Below are positions 19,807 to 30,624 of a DNA stretch of 64,000 nucleotides, piece by piece (position 1 is the first letter of the stretch; each line of letters begins with the position of its first letter). The notes beneath the pieces were generated by a model. It ran no database searches and was not told the origin of the DNA. It was given only the letters and a program-made list of their open reading frames with translations. The DNA is from an uncultured virus (IMG/VR IMGVR_UViG_3300027806_000040) (taxonomy: Duplodnaviria > Heunggongvirae > Uroviricota > Caudoviricetes): IMG/VR virus record IMGVR_UViG_3300027806_000040. One strand, written 5' to 3'. The translations under genes and the position numbers were made by a program.

Positions 19807-19937
19807 ACTTAACGCCTCCCGGTGTTAAGAAAGAGTGGGACAACAACGATTGGTGGACGCAACAATTGATACTTGCTTACTGTTACGGTCGTGACGTGGA
19901 GGACATGAAACTTGCTGTCAGCAAAGCGGGCTTTTGA
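19710..19937 (+). CDS. -1 frameshift extension of tail chaperone (gpGT-like)
   Basis: -1 frame is open from the slip site to TGA 19935-19937: FYSTAAPTG...YRIWRSCERLNLTPPGVKKEWDNNDWWTQQLILAY... Confidence 0.7.
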   Translation, partial: KFYSTAAPTGIAPVLGDSRTHQYRIWRSCERLNLTPPGVKKEWDNNDWWTQQLILAYCYGRDVEDMKLAVSKAGF

Positions 19938-20526
19938 CCTCTACAAGTTTGATGCCGAAGGTTTGTCCAAGACATTGGAGAAACGGTTGGGTCAAATACT
20001 GCGACAGTCTGCAAGAGAATGGTTGCGGACCATGATAGTATACGTTCCGGTTGAAACGGGGATGGCGAAATCCGCATTGGCTCCACTTGGAGCCTTTTTG
20101 CGGGTCGCCGTCCCCATTGAACCGATTCGTAAGCCTTATATCAAACGTAAGCCTCCAACTTATGGAGGCAAACCGATTAGTATGCCGCAAGGACGGTACA
20201 GAAGTAAGTTTACTATCATTGATGATAAGACTGCACCTGGGACATACCAGTACGTGTTCGAGTGGAGCACAACAGTCCTACATTACTACCTGGCACACTA
20301 TTACAAAGGGTATGGATTACCCGGTGAATTTGCAATCCACGAAGCTAACATGGCTTTCTGGACTCACTTTGAAACTCAAATCGTAAGGGCCATGCCGGAT
20401 ATTCAAAAGTTTATCAGGCGATACAAACCAAGAGGTTACGCTCAGAACCAACAAACTATTGTTGATTGGAAAATTGAGCACATGGGCGACAACAGCAGGG
20501 GTAGCGGTTGGGACACTCCGTTCTAG
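19912..20526 (+). CDS. HK97 gp10-like tail-completion protein
   Basis: VPVETGMAK resembles the PVDTG.L motif; start codon uncertain. Confidence 0.6.
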   Translation: MLSAKRAFDLYKFDAEGLSKTLEKRLGQILRQSAREWLRTMIVYVPVETGMAKSALAPLGAFLRVAVPIEPIRKPYIKRKPPTYGGKPISMPQGRYRSKFTIIDDKTAPGTYQYVFEWSTTVLHYYLAHYYKGYGLPGEFAIHEANMAFWTHFETQIVRAMPDIQKFIRRYKPRGYAQNQQTIVDWKIEHMGDNSRGSGWDTPF

Positions 20527-20533
20527 GTGACAA

Positions 20534-23500
20534 ATGACAAAAAGCGAGAAATTTGAACTTGATGCAAAACAGGCAATCCAAGAACTTGGAAAGCTGGCAA
20601 GCAAGTTTGAGACACTTAACGACCGCGTTAAGATTGTCAACAGCACTTTCAAGGCTCTTGAGAAAGCTCGCGACGTACAAGTCGGTAAGCTCAAGGAATG
20701 GGTCGCCAAGCTCAAAGATACTGAGCGAGGTTTGTACCAGTTCACTGTCAAGTTGGGCCGTCTGACCTCGGCCCTTGATAGTACGATTGCTCACATCAAG
20801 AGTCTCAGGAACAACACGCAGCAGAACAACAGTGTTCTCAAGAACGCCACGATTGCTCAAGAAGTTATCACGGCAGCAATCACCAAGAACTGGCACGCTT
20901 TGTCCGCAGAAGCCCAAGCGTGGGTAGAGAAAACCGAAGAAGGTAAGCGATTCGCCGAAGCAGCGAAGCATATCAATGATTCGCTGACAGACCAAGCTCG
21001 CGTTATGCGAGAAAGCGAAGCAGCTACAAAGAAAGAGACACAAGCTCAACGAATCCTAGAAGCCGTAATCAAACAAACGGCTGTGGGTCTCAACGCCGAA
21101 GAACAAACAATTCTTCAAAACATGCTGGCTACGATCCAGCTAGCGGAAGCCAAGAGCTTACTATCACGGCAAGTAAACAAGACTCGTCGCGACCAAGAGA
21201 AAGCGGATCGTGAGCGTGATGCTGCATTAAAGAAGCAGCAAGCTGAAACCGAACGACAGCGTATCATTCAAGAAATTTACAATCGGGTTATCAATAACAC
21301 GACTGCGGCTCTTTCTGCCGAAGCACAGGCCATGATGGCCAGTATCACGGCAACGCAACAACTTGCCCGTGCAAAAGCCCAACTTAACAAACAACAGTTT
21401 GGTGCAATTGATGCGGCAGAGAAAGCTGCCGAACAACAACGTAAGAACCGTATTGCAGGCGAACTGTTTGCGTACGCTCAATCGGGCGGTACGACAACTT
21501 TGTCAGCCGAAGCGGATCAAGTACGCCAAAACATTGAAGCCAGCAAGCAGCTTGCTGCCGCAACCAAAGTTATCGAACAGCGGATGTACGGTAAGAACGT
21601 CGCTCTCGATAAGCAAGGTAAACTGTGGAAACAAGATACTTTGGCCATGTTGCAGAACTCCCACCAACTTGAGTGGGTGTCGCGACGTATGGCTCGTTTT
21701 GGTCAAATCTTGCAGAATATTGTTGGCTATGGCGGTTTCTTCCTATTGTTCAACAAACTGCGAGACTCCGTAAAAGATGCAGAAGCGTGGGCAGAAAAAG
21801 TATCAGAGATCAGAACAATCTCGGATCGTGCCGCAGTATCATCTGCTGAGTGGACGAAGCAACTTGAAGCCATTAGCTCTGCTTATGGGATTGAGTTCAC
21901 TGTGGCAGCGGAAGCAGCTTACGCCGCATTGTCCGATCAAGTCACAGAGGCTGGTGATACTTTTGGCTATTTGCGTAAGCAAATCCAATTAGCTTACACA
22001 GCAGTCGGATCGTTGGACTCTGCCGTTCAAGCCACAAACTCTTACTTAACTTCGTTCGGCAAGAGCACCGAATACGCATCTTACGCTAATGCAATCTTGT
22101 TCAAGACGGTTGACTTGGGTCGTGTTCGTCTTGAGGAGATGGGTACTACGCTTGGACGTGTCAATATCTTGAGCGACCAACTTGGCATCAGCTTCATGGA
22201 GCAACAGGCGTCATTGACGGTCCTGTCGCGGAAAGGTATTCCGTTCTCCGAAGCTATGACGTTGATGCGTAACGTCATGCAGAAGTTGATCAAACCTACC
22301 GAGTATACAGAGAATCTGTTGCGGTCCTGGGGTTTCACATCAGGCGAAGCAGCCGTACGGTCGTTGGGCCTTATTGGCGTTATTCAACGTTTCGCCCAAC
22401 AGGCTCTAGCGTCCGGAGATGCTGCCGCCGAGTTTGGCGAAATCATGGGACGTATGCGTGCAATCGTTGGTTTGGCCGGTACCAGCCAAGCCGATTTGAA
22501 CGCTGAAATGGCGGAGTTTCAGAAATCGTTTGATAGCAACTTTGATGCTTACGAAGAACGTTTGAAGTCTGTTGATATCACGTTGAAAGTTGCACGTGAA
22601 TCCTTCAACAATTTCTTTGTAACGGCTTTTGGTGATCCTGCAATTCGCAAGATTGCCGATATGATCCAAAAGACAGACGGCATCAAGCAAGCTCTGCAAG
22701 AGATGAAAGAAACCGTGCGTTTCTTGATCATTGAAGCAGGCAGTCTTTGGGCTGCGTTACGTCTTGTAAACGGTGGTATTGCTCTTTATACAACGTACAC
22801 GACCGCCGCCACAACAGCAACGGTAGCTCAAACTGCGGCGACGGGACAAGCTCGACGGGCTTTGATGCTAATGTCAGCCGCACGCGGAGCGGCAACACTT
22901 GGTCTAAGTATTTTTGTCACGGTACTTATTACAAAATTCTTTGAGGCAGGCGATGCAGTAAGCCGTTTCAATGCGATTCTTGATGATACAAAAACCAAAC
23001 TCCTTAAGCTACAAGAACTCAATCTTGCCCGGTGGCAAAAAGAAGTTGACAAAAATACCGCTGCGGTTGAGTTGCGGTTCAAGAGTTTGGCTGAAACAAT
23101 TTCACGCGTATCTGCCAACCTGCAAATTAAGGTTGATAACGTAACCAAAAGTATCAAGAAGGCTTGGGAAGAAGTTGGCGTAACCTTCAAGTTTGTAAGC
23201 CGCAATATCGGTAAAGAGATCGGTGCCGCTCTTGCACAAGCTGATTCAAAGATCGAGGAACTGTCCCAACTAATCGAACGGGTCCAGAATGGTATGACCC
23301 GTGACGAGGCTAAGGTTGACGGGCAACAAGGTATCCTTGATATTGAGGGCGACGAATCGTTGTCCCAACAAGACAAGGTTGATAAGCTCAAAGCACTTAT
23401 CAAGACAATGGAAGCTGAGGCCGATAAAGCCTTGGCCGCTGGGGATATGACTTACTTCAACGCAATGAACGAGCAGATCACCGCTGCTACGACTGCGATG

Positions 23501-24904
23501 AAGGATCAGTTGAAGAAGATGTTAGCTGACGCCAATATCATCCAGCAAGAGTTCGTACGTGATGCGTGGGGCAATATCAAGTTTGACCGTGCCGGTCGTC
23601 CCCGCGTCAAACAAACAAAGGTAAAAGACCCGCAGCTTGTCCAAGATTTGGAAGCCCAAATCAATCAAGCTGAAAAGGATCGTGTAGCTATCCTTGAACG
23701 ACAAATCAAACTCAAGGATGACTATCTTGCCCGACTTAAGACCGAGAAAGAAGAACTTGAAAAGCAACGTCAAGTACAACAAGATAACCTTGAACGCTAT
23801 CAAGCTCTGATCGAAGAACTTGGGACCGTTGACCTTGGCGGCGATCTTGAGGAGTTCAAAAAGAAGTTCCAAGAGCTACGCGGCTTGGGTGGTGCGATCG
23901 GTTTGGACCCGTCGGAACAAATTAAAGTGTTCCGTGAACTGAACGCCAAGCAACAATTGATGCAGCAACAGCAAGCTCAAGAAGCCGAACAGCAACGTAT
24001 CAACCAATACAACGCTATCCAACAAGAGTTGCAGAATCGTATGACTGCGGCTCAAGATGCTTTGCAAACCAACTCAACTCAAGCTCTTGATAAGCAGAAC
24101 GAAAGTGCAACCGAACTTGGAACAAACATTAAAGGTTTGGCTGCTTTCCTTCAAAAAGTTAGAGGAGACCTTTGGGCACAAGGTGTCCAGCTTCCGGAGA
24201 ATCAGACAAAAGAAGGCAGAGATCGCCTGATGAAACAATCAGCTGATTTGTCTGAGGCAAATGCAGCATTGAATTTTATCAGCCGACGTTTGGAAGTAGC
24301 AATGCAGTCTGGCAGCCAAGAAGAATTGGCACGGGCCATGCAGTTTGCAACTTCAACCTTAAAAGGATTTGATCCTATTATCAAATCTTTATACAACGTA
24401 GACCAAAAAGCATTTGCTCCTAGTGGGCTGTTAACAGGTCAAAATGCTAGGAAGATTGTAGACCCCATGTCGGGTCTAGTTGATATCGAATACGCAGGTC
24501 AAAGTCTTAAGGGCCTAACTCGTAACATTGAAACGGCTTTGGCCCTGAACGCAGAAAGCATTGCTCTTCAAGGTAAAGCCGCACAAGCAGCAAGTGACGT
24601 TAAGACCTTAAGTGAAACTCTAACAAATGCCATTAAGAATCTGCCCACTGACCTTCAAAAACTAATTGATATTAACAATCCAGTCGCAAGTCCGGCTGGG
24701 TATCAAACGTCTCAATTGACACAGACCTTAGAAGATTTGTCCATGAGTATCAAGGGACAAGCGGTCGAAGTATCAATTGGAGACATTTACATCCAGACGC
24801 AGGGCACAACGCAACAACAGGCAAACGAAATCATTCAAGTCATTCAACGCAACATCAGGAACGGAGCACTCAATGTTCAGAATGGGAACGTTCGAAGGCC
24901 GTGA
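20534..24904 (+). CDS. Tape measure protein
   Basis: 1456 aa A/Q/K-rich helical protein, TP901-like core (FKTVDLGRVRLEEMG), LSAEA repeats, hydrophobic segments. Confidence 0.92.
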   Translation: MTKSEKFELDAKQAIQELGKLASKFETLNDRVKIVNSTFKALEKARDVQVGKLKEWVAKLKDTERGLYQFTVKLGRLTSALDSTIAHIKSLRNNTQQNNSVLKNATIAQEVITAAITKNWHALSAEAQAWVEKTEEGKRFAEAAKHINDSLTDQARVMRESEAATKKETQAQRILEAVIKQTAVGLNAEEQTILQNMLATIQLAEAKSLLSRQVNKTRRDQEKADRERDAALKKQQAETERQRIIQEIYNRVINNTTAALSAEAQAMMASITATQQLARAKAQLNKQQFGAIDAAEKAAEQQRKNRIAGELFAYAQSGGTTTLSAEADQVRQNIEASKQLAAATKVIEQRMYGKNVALDKQGKLWKQDTLAMLQNSHQLEWVSRRMARFGQILQNIVGYGGFFLLFNKLRDSVKDAEAWAEKVSEIRTISDRAAVSSAEWTKQLEAISSAYGIEFTVAAEAAYAALSDQVTEAGDTFGYLRKQIQLAYTAVGSLDSAVQATNSYLTSFGKSTEYASYANAILFKTVDLGRVRLEEMGTTLGRVNILSDQLGISFMEQQASLTVLSRKGIPFSEAMTLMRNVMQKLIKPTEYTENLLRSWGFTSGEAAVRSLGLIGVIQRFAQQALASGDAAAEFGEIMGRMRAIVGLAGTSQADLNAEMAEFQKSFDSNFDAYEERLKSVDITLKVARESFNNFFVTAFGDPAIRKIADMIQKTDGIKQALQEMKETVRFLIIEAGSLWAALRLVNGGIALYTTYTTAATTATVAQTAATGQARRALMLMSAARGAATLGLSIFVTVLITKFFEAGDAVSRFNAILDDTKTKLLKLQELNLARWQKEVDKNTAAVELRFKSLAETISRVSANLQIKVDNVTKSIKKAWEEVGVTFKFVSRNIGKEIGAALAQADSKIEELSQLIERVQNGMTRDEAKVDGQQGILDIEGDESLSQQDKVDKLKALIKTMEAEADKALAAGDMTYFNAMNEQITAATTAMKDQLKKMLADANIIQQEFVRDAWGNIKFDRAGRPRVKQTKVKDPQLVQDLEAQINQAEKDRVAILERQIKLKDDYLARLKTEKEELEKQRQVQQDNLERYQALIEELGTVDLGGDLEEFKKKFQELRGLGGAIGLDPSEQIKVFRELNAKQQLMQQQQAQEAEQQRINQYNAIQQELQNRMTAAQDALQTNSTQALDKQNESATELGTNIKGLAAFLQKVRGDLWAQGVQLPENQTKEGRDRLMKQSADLSEANAALNFISRRLEVAMQSGSQEELARAMQFATSTLKGFDPIIKSLYNVDQKAFAPSGLLTGQNARKIVDPMSGLVDIEYAGQSLKGLTRNIETALALNAESIALQGKAAQAASDVKTLSETLTNAIKNLPTDLQKLIDINNPVASPAGYQTSQLTQTLEDLSMSIKGQAVEVSIGDIYIQTQGTTQQQANEIIQVIQRNIRNGALNVQNGNVRRP

Positions 24905-25217
24905 CCCAGAGTTCGGTGATAGCACGGAGCTTAACAATCAAGATCGTGAAGCACATGGTATCAATGGACCCTTGCGTCAATGGCAGAATGATACACACAT
25001 CAAGTATCGTGTATTTAACTTTGTATTTGAACCGTTGACTCTTACACAGAAAAATACTTTTGTCACGGAATACAATAGTAACAAAGGTAAAGCAGTAGAG
25101 TGTGAGATCGAACACTTAAACTTAACGGCTGACTTCGTGCTCTCCGGTTTGAAAGTTTCAACGTTGAGAGATAATTGTTCCTACCGTATTGAGGTAACAT
25201 TACAATGTTTGTCTTAA
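24873..25217 (+). CDS. Minor tail (distal-tail-like) protein
   Basis: Position after tape measure; DPEFGD motif parallels DPELQD in the next gene. Confidence 0.55.
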   Translation: MFRMGTFEGRDPEFGDSTELNNQDREAHGINGPLRQWQNDTHIKYRVFNFVFEPLTLTQKNTFVTEYNSNKGKAVECEIEHLNLTADFVLSGLKVSTLRDNCSYRIEVTLQCLS

Positions 25218-25558
25218 CTGCGGCACCGGACTCTTTAACTCTGCCCGATCCCGAACTCCAAGACAAGATGTCTTATGAAGATGAAATAGTCATCAAATAC
25301 ACTGAGGCAGGGACCGTTTATACAACAATAAATAAACGAGCCACCGTTAGAGAGTATCAATTTATTCTCTCTAAGGCTGAATATGATGATGCAGTAACAT
25401 TCTTTGAAGTGTTACGTGCCCGGACGGTTACTGTGTCCGGTTTTGCATCGTTTACGGGTAAGATTGAATATAGCTCCCGTAAAATGTCTGGGCTGAGGCG
25501 AGGGGCTGATTGTAACGGCGATGATGTATTCGAACTGACACTGGTGTTCTATGCGTAG
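25205..25558 (+). CDS. Minor tail (distal-tail-like) protein
   Basis: GAGG RBS; LPDPELQD...G.VYT pattern. Confidence 0.55.
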   Translation: MFVLTAAPDSLTLPDPELQDKMSYEDEIVIKYTEAGTVYTTINKRATVREYQFILSKAEYDDAVTFFEVLRARTVTVSGFASFTGKIEYSSRKMSGLRRGADCNGDDVFELTLVFYA

Positions 25559-28361
25559 TATCCCAACTGCCTTGTCGAACTATCTTCAAACTCACCAAGG
25601 ACTAATTCAACAATTGGTCGTTGATGTGATGTGGGACGATGAATGGGTCCGCTATGACAATGATCTTATCGAACTTGGTGAAGTCACTCAACAAGTAACA
25701 CAGTTCGATAAGACCATCGGTTCAGTATCAGTAACCATTATCGCCGAAGGTTTGGACGAAATCCATTACCACAAAGTGCCTGCACGAATTGTTTTCGTGC
25801 TTGTTGATACTGGCGAGTTGTTATTTGAAGAAGCAGAACTTGTCCTGTTCGAGGGCCAAGTATCATCGCCTTTTGAAATCAAAGACAACAAGCGAGTATC
25901 ATTCGACATTGTTAGCGAAATCGAAACGATGGAGCTTGGTTTCTCACCTGACGAGGGCCAACTCGATTTTGTTCCGCGTGAGTTTGCTGACGTTGTATGG
26001 CCGCTTGGGTTTGGCTTCATCCAGAAGGCTCCAGCCGTAAAGGTCAAAGATGCACAGTCTATGATACTGTCCACCAATTTGACTTTGGCTGATCCATCGC
26101 TACCGCAAAAGATTGCTGCTGCGTTGGAAGGCTTCTACTACGCGATGTACATGTGCCGCTTCTGGCTATCAACTATCCAACTCAATGAGGATAAGGTTGA
26201 TAATCTTGGAGCAGAGGTCAAGGTATTCTTTCAAGCATACCGTATCAATGTTGTTGAAGTGCAAAACGCAATCAACGACCTCCAACTCAAAACAAATTTA
26301 CACCAGCAAGACCCCAACAATGTATTCCGCAAGGCGGATATGATAACCGCAGAAATCTTTCTGCAAAACACTATCAATACAGCCAATGCAGCCCTAGCTG
26401 CTCTTTACACTAAGCTGAACCGTCTCAACCTGCTCATTGAAAAGAATCGGTACAAACGAGGAGCAACGACTAAGTTTCTTGATGCCTACATGGAAGCAAA
26501 GGAAGCTGCCGCTGGGTATCATGAACTGGTTCTCATGTATTGCCAACAGTTGCAGTATCAAGACGGACACCAACTCGTTGAGAACAGCGACGACTTCGAG
26601 CAGAACGTAGAGTTCGATTTCTTTATCAAAAACGTAAAGTTTCGCGGTTATGTAGATGGTCGGGACCTCTACATCTCGGAAGGCCCACTCAATACTTACG
26701 AGAACGTTCCACTCGACCCATGGACTCCAGATGATGAAGCAATCTGCGAGCCTGAAAATGAATCCATGAATATGTTCCGTTGCAGCACTAACCTGACCAA
26801 CCAATATGTATTGGTTAAGGATGTGTATGACGAGTATCATATTATCGGAATCACAGGTCAAATTGATAACAAAGTCTACTTTGACCTTGTGCGTTGGGAA
26901 CAGGATCGCGTCGGCCGGGCCGAACGGTATGATATTGATACCGTTGTTGGAACCTTGGTCGAGATGCCCGTAGCCGCTGTCGCTATGAACGCTTTCCCGC
27001 CCAATACTATCTTCTCTGGATCGTTCGACCCACAGAAATGGAACCGTAAAGAGACTGCGCGGTACCTCCAACTTATCAGCGGACTCACCAATCCAACGCC
27101 AGAAGAAAAAGCAACAATGGCGTGGATCGCATGGCTGGAGCCGTGGGACGCTGTTGATGAAGCAAATCTCTTGATCCAAGTGCCCACTATCCGGGATACT
27201 TACACCTTGGTTGGACCTGACATTGCCGAGATTATCGCCACTAGCGGTATGATGCGGGCAGAATGGTTGGCCAATTATCCTGTGCCCTATGAGGAGATAC
27301 AGTCGAATTTGTTCTGGCAAGCCGAACCTGGAAGCACAGTTGTCCAAGGTAACACTTGCCGTATTTATATCGTTAACTGCGTCCCGTCTACAATCTACGG
27401 TGTATACGGTTACCGAACAAATAATAACGGCGAACGGTTCCTTGCTCCAATCCCAAGCCGGTACTATACAAAGCTGGAAAATCACAATCTTGGCTCTATG
27501 AACGTTTGTGCCTTGGTATTCAACCAAGAAGTACCCGGTTACGAAGACGAAGTATTTGTAACATACGAATCGAGCGTAGGACCACGTATCACTGATATTT
27601 TGATCTACTTGATTGAGAACTACACCGATAAGACTTGGGACGTCGAATCGTTCCAAAACCTTGAGGCCAAGTTTCAAGACAAGTACCCCGCCAACTTTGT
27701 TCTGTATGACCGTACAGACGTTCTCGAAGAAATGCAACGTATCGCACGTGAGGCTCGTTGTCGCCTCTGGATGCGGGACGGCGTATTTTACATCAAGTAC
27801 CTGTCCGAGCGACCTGTATCGGTTAAAACTATCACCGGTACAACCATCGTGTCCAACACAACTGTCAAGCAGATGAAGGATACGGAAGAAATCTACACCA
27901 AGTATACTGCGATCTGGAAGCCAGATTACTTGCCCGATACCCGCGAACGTAAGATCATTGTCCGCTACAACGTCAAACGGTACGGTATCCGGGAGTATCA
28001 AGAAGAATACCACATCTTCAACGAGTACGATTTGGTTCATAAGTCTGCCACTTTCTGGGCCATTCGGCACGCAAATACGTTCAAACGGATACAAGTCGAG
28101 ACAACAATCGACAATTTGGACCTTGAAATCAATGATTCAATCACGTACAAGGGCCAACTTTGCACTATCATTGGTTGGCAATACAGCAAAAATGGTCTCA
28201 TTTTGACCTTAGAACTGCCAATTAGACTAGGCGAAACAGAAGAATACCCGTATTATTGGCCCAGTTCGCTGCCTGCCGATTACGAGTTCCCACCTGCAAA
28301 CGACGATTATGCTGGTGGTTTCGGTCCTAATAGCAACGTAACAGGAACAATCCCATGCTAG
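25551..28361 (+). CDS. Tail tip / baseplate hub protein
   Basis: MRSIP..L N-terminus, LFEGQV, WPLGFG, C-terminal YG..E hub-like region; 936 aa. Confidence 0.7.
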   Translation: MRSIPTALSNYLQTHQGLIQQLVVDVMWDDEWVRYDNDLIELGEVTQQVTQFDKTIGSVSVTIIAEGLDEIHYHKVPARIVFVLVDTGELLFEEAELVLFEGQVSSPFEIKDNKRVSFDIVSEIETMELGFSPDEGQLDFVPREFADVVWPLGFGFIQKAPAVKVKDAQSMILSTNLTLADPSLPQKIAAALEGFYYAMYMCRFWLSTIQLNEDKVDNLGAEVKVFFQAYRINVVEVQNAINDLQLKTNLHQQDPNNVFRKADMITAEIFLQNTINTANAALAALYTKLNRLNLLIEKNRYKRGATTKFLDAYMEAKEAAAGYHELVLMYCQQLQYQDGHQLVENSDDFEQNVEFDFFIKNVKFRGYVDGRDLYISEGPLNTYENVPLDPWTPDDEAICEPENESMNMFRCSTNLTNQYVLVKDVYDEYHIIGITGQIDNKVYFDLVRWEQDRVGRAERYDIDTVVGTLVEMPVAAVAMNAFPPNTIFSGSFDPQKWNRKETARYLQLISGLTNPTPEEKATMAWIAWLEPWDAVDEANLLIQVPTIRDTYTLVGPDIAEIIATSGMMRAEWLANYPVPYEEIQSNLFWQAEPGSTVVQGNTCRIYIVNCVPSTIYGVYGYRTNNNGERFLAPIPSRYYTKLENHNLGSMNVCALVFNQEVPGYEDEVFVTYESSVGPRITDILIYLIENYTDKTWDVESFQNLEAKFQDKYPANFVLYDRTDVLEEMQRIAREARCRLWMRDGVFYIKYLSERPVSVKTITGTTIVSNTTVKQMKDTEEIYTKYTAIWKPDYLPDTRERKIIVRYNVKRYGIREYQEEYHIFNEYDLVHKSATFWAIRHANTFKRIQVETTIDNLDLEINDSITYKGQLCTIIGWQYSKNGLILTLELPIRLGETEEYPYYWPSSLPADYEFPPANDDYAGGFGPNSNVTGTIPC

Positions 28362-29167
28362 ACAAAGGCAAGAAATACCTAAGCGATGCGGCTGATCCTC
28401 AACGTTTGCCAAGTCTTATCAATGTCGAACAGGATTATTCTCCGGTACCAATCGGTGTTAAACGGCAATTCAAAGCCGATAAGCCACATTTGCGTCCTGA
28501 TCTCAAGCAAGAACCGACTATCGATCCAATACCGGAAACTATTTTCGGTGTCGTTCATACGATTGCGAACAACGTAATCACTATCATGGACCGCAATTTG
28601 GTTAAGCGGGACTGTCGATTGTTGTTCGATATACAAAGCAAGAAGTTCCGTATCGGACAAGAAGTTGCAGCCTTCCGGCCAAGTGAGGACGACGAATGGT
28701 TCATCGTAGGCGACAAGGCCCGTGATCCAATCAAACAAATGACCTTCGAACTTACTGATCTATCCCCAATCACTTGGGCTAACGAAACAGACTTCGAGTA
28801 TCCAATTGAAAACGAGATTGCTGAGATTGATGGCGTAGCGATCAATGTCCTTGAGACCGGTTACTATGATATCGAACTTGATATCAATCTCGAAGTCGAA
28901 ACTACTGGAGCCGGTTGGACCGGTGTTGGCGTCGTAACAATGACACAAGTTGCAGGGTCCGCTGGTTCCAATACAACTCAGTGTTCTTGGACGTATGATA
29001 TTTACAACGCCAACACGAACGCCAAGGTTATTGGACCGACGGGACTTGGAACATACCCATATAAGCGTCCCGCACTTGGAGCGTTGACCAAAGCGACGTA
29101 CGGTCTTTGGCATGATACGTTGGGTCTTATCTGGTGCAATGAAACTCTGGAGACAGAAGTATGTTAA
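28355..29167 (+). CDS. Tail tip protein (putative)
   Basis: Operon position; OB-like N-terminus and beta-rich C-terminus. Confidence 0.5.
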   Translation: MLDKGKKYLSDAADPQRLPSLINVEQDYSPVPIGVKRQFKADKPHLRPDLKQEPTIDPIPETIFGVVHTIANNVITIMDRNLVKRDCRLLFDIQSKKFRIGQEVAAFRPSEDDEWFIVGDKARDPIKQMTFELTDLSPITWANETDFEYPIENEIAEIDGVAINVLETGYYDIELDINLEVETTGAGWTGVGVVTMTQVAGSAGSNTTQCSWTYDIYNANTNAKVIGPTGLGTYPYKRPALGALTKATYGLWHDTLGLIWCNETLETEVC

Positions 29168-29412
29168 AGGTCAAAGTCAACGGTGTGACCAAGAAAGAGG
29201 TCAATACCGATACTAATGTCAACAAATTCACCACCAGTACGGCGAACAAGCCAAGCCAGAAAGTATCAATCCACGTATCAATGCGTATCTTTTTGCAAGC
29301 GGGAGACGCAATAACACTTGATACTGCGGACCTGTTTCCGACTGGTAATCAACTCAAAGCATCATCTGAGTCAGGACGTTTGACTGTAACAAAGGTGCCG
29401 ATGTATGACTGA
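29161..29412 (+). CDS. Small beta-rich tail-associated protein
   Basis: Overlapping start/stop; C1q-like LQAGD.ITL. Confidence 0.5.
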   Translation: MLKVKVNGVTKKEVNTDTNVNKFTTSTANKPSQKVSIHVSMRIFLQAGDAITLDTADLFPTGNQLKASSESGRLTVTKVPMYD

Positions 29413-30343
29413 TAAATTCTTGGTGAAAGACACTGGCAAGTTCGCCCTTCGGAATAACAAGTTTCAAGTCAGCAACGAGTGTGAATGTTGTATCTATGAT
29501 CCTTGCCCGGGCAGTACCACCGGCGACTTGCTAGATGATTTCGATCCACCGTTCCATAATAGCGGCCTTCCAAACGGTTCGCACGAACTTGGTTTTGGTA
29601 TTTATGCCGACTATGAAGGCTGGTCAAATCCTACAGGGCAGCAATGGCGTACGGCTGGTAAGATGCGACCATTGGCTAATTTATCTGTGGCTCCACTTTG
29701 GCCTCCTACAAAATACACCAATGGCAGTACGAAGTACGAAGATCATTTCGTTTATTCATTTGATATGGTGAATAACGATTATGAGTTCACGATTGATGCT
29801 TACATCCCTACGGGTTGCACACCTGTAGCCAATGGCGGCGTTCCTCCTGGAACCTCAACCACTGTTGGACCGATGTTGGCGTTCTATATGAACGGTCTGG
29901 ACACAATGAACGCGTCTGCAATAGTTTTGCAATGGCTCAAAAATCCTGATGATGTTTGGGAACTCTGGAGAAGAGTATCATACCCGACAGCCATCAATAC
30001 TTGGACCAATAACGATGTTGTAATTACTCCTGCAACCAGCCACGAACTCAAGATCAGAATGGAGATCGACGGGTCACGAACTTCAACATTCGTGAACGTG
30101 CGCACAAAACTATACGTTGATGGTGTTCTCCTTGCAACATCTTACTCTGCGTCTATTGCTAAGTTTCTTTTGTCTCCTCGGTGTCGAGGAGATTATATTT
30201 GCAGCCTTCGTGGTTGGGTCCGAGGAAATACTTGGGCCGCAGCTAACATTATTCCTTCTCAAATTATAGATCAAATACATAACAGCGATATCAGTAATGA
30301 TGTTTACTTCAAAGATTTCTTCGTAGATGAGATACCGGCATGA
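29405..30343 (+). CDS. Putative receptor-binding protein with Cys-rich N-terminus
   Basis: ECECC..DPC then a lectin-like domain (KLYVDGVLL). Confidence 0.55.
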   Translation: MTDKFLVKDTGKFALRNNKFQVSNECECCIYDPCPGSTTGDLLDDFDPPFHNSGLPNGSHELGFGIYADYEGWSNPTGQQWRTAGKMRPLANLSVAPLWPPTKYTNGSTKYEDHFVYSFDMVNNDYEFTIDAYIPTGCTPVANGGVPPGTSTTVGPMLAFYMNGLDTMNASAIVLQWLKNPDDVWELWRRVSYPTAINTWTNNDVVITPATSHELKIRMEIDGSRTSTFVNVRTKLYVDGVLLATSYSASIAKFLLSPRCRGDYICSLRGWVRGNTWAAANIIPSQIIDQIHNSDISNDVYFKDFFVDEIPA

Positions 30344-30624
30344 GCAAGCACCGTATCCACCAGATCATTACGTTCACGCGAGCTATCATTGCTCATATAA
30401 AAAGAGGGCAAGGTTACTTGCCCGAAGAACAAGTCCTTGCCCGCTTTGAGATTTGTAAAACTTGTGATCAATTCAGTGGCAAGAAGTGTAGAGCTTGTGG
30501 CTGCTGCCTTGATGCCAAGACCAAGTTCCTCAACAAGTTGTCTTACCCTCTGGAGGCATGTCCTCTGGGAAAATGGCCTGCAATAACTTCCGAAGATTCG
30601 GCTTCGGGTGATCAGCAGGTTTGA
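30340..30624 (+). CDS. Cys-rich zinc-binding protein (DUF6171-like)
   Basis: R..ICKTC...CRACGC...K......CPLGKW. Confidence 0.7.
   Translation: MSKHRIHQIITFTRAIIAHIKRGQGYLPEEQVLARFEICKTCDQFSGKKCRACGCCLDAKTKFLNKLSYPLEACPLGKWPAITSEDSASGDQQV

Noticed and set aside
26394..28094. Long antisense ORFs (e.g. 26394..28094, 15954..17096, 3171..3926)
   Set aside because: Shadow frames opposite well-supported genes, with no RBS or recognisable motifs
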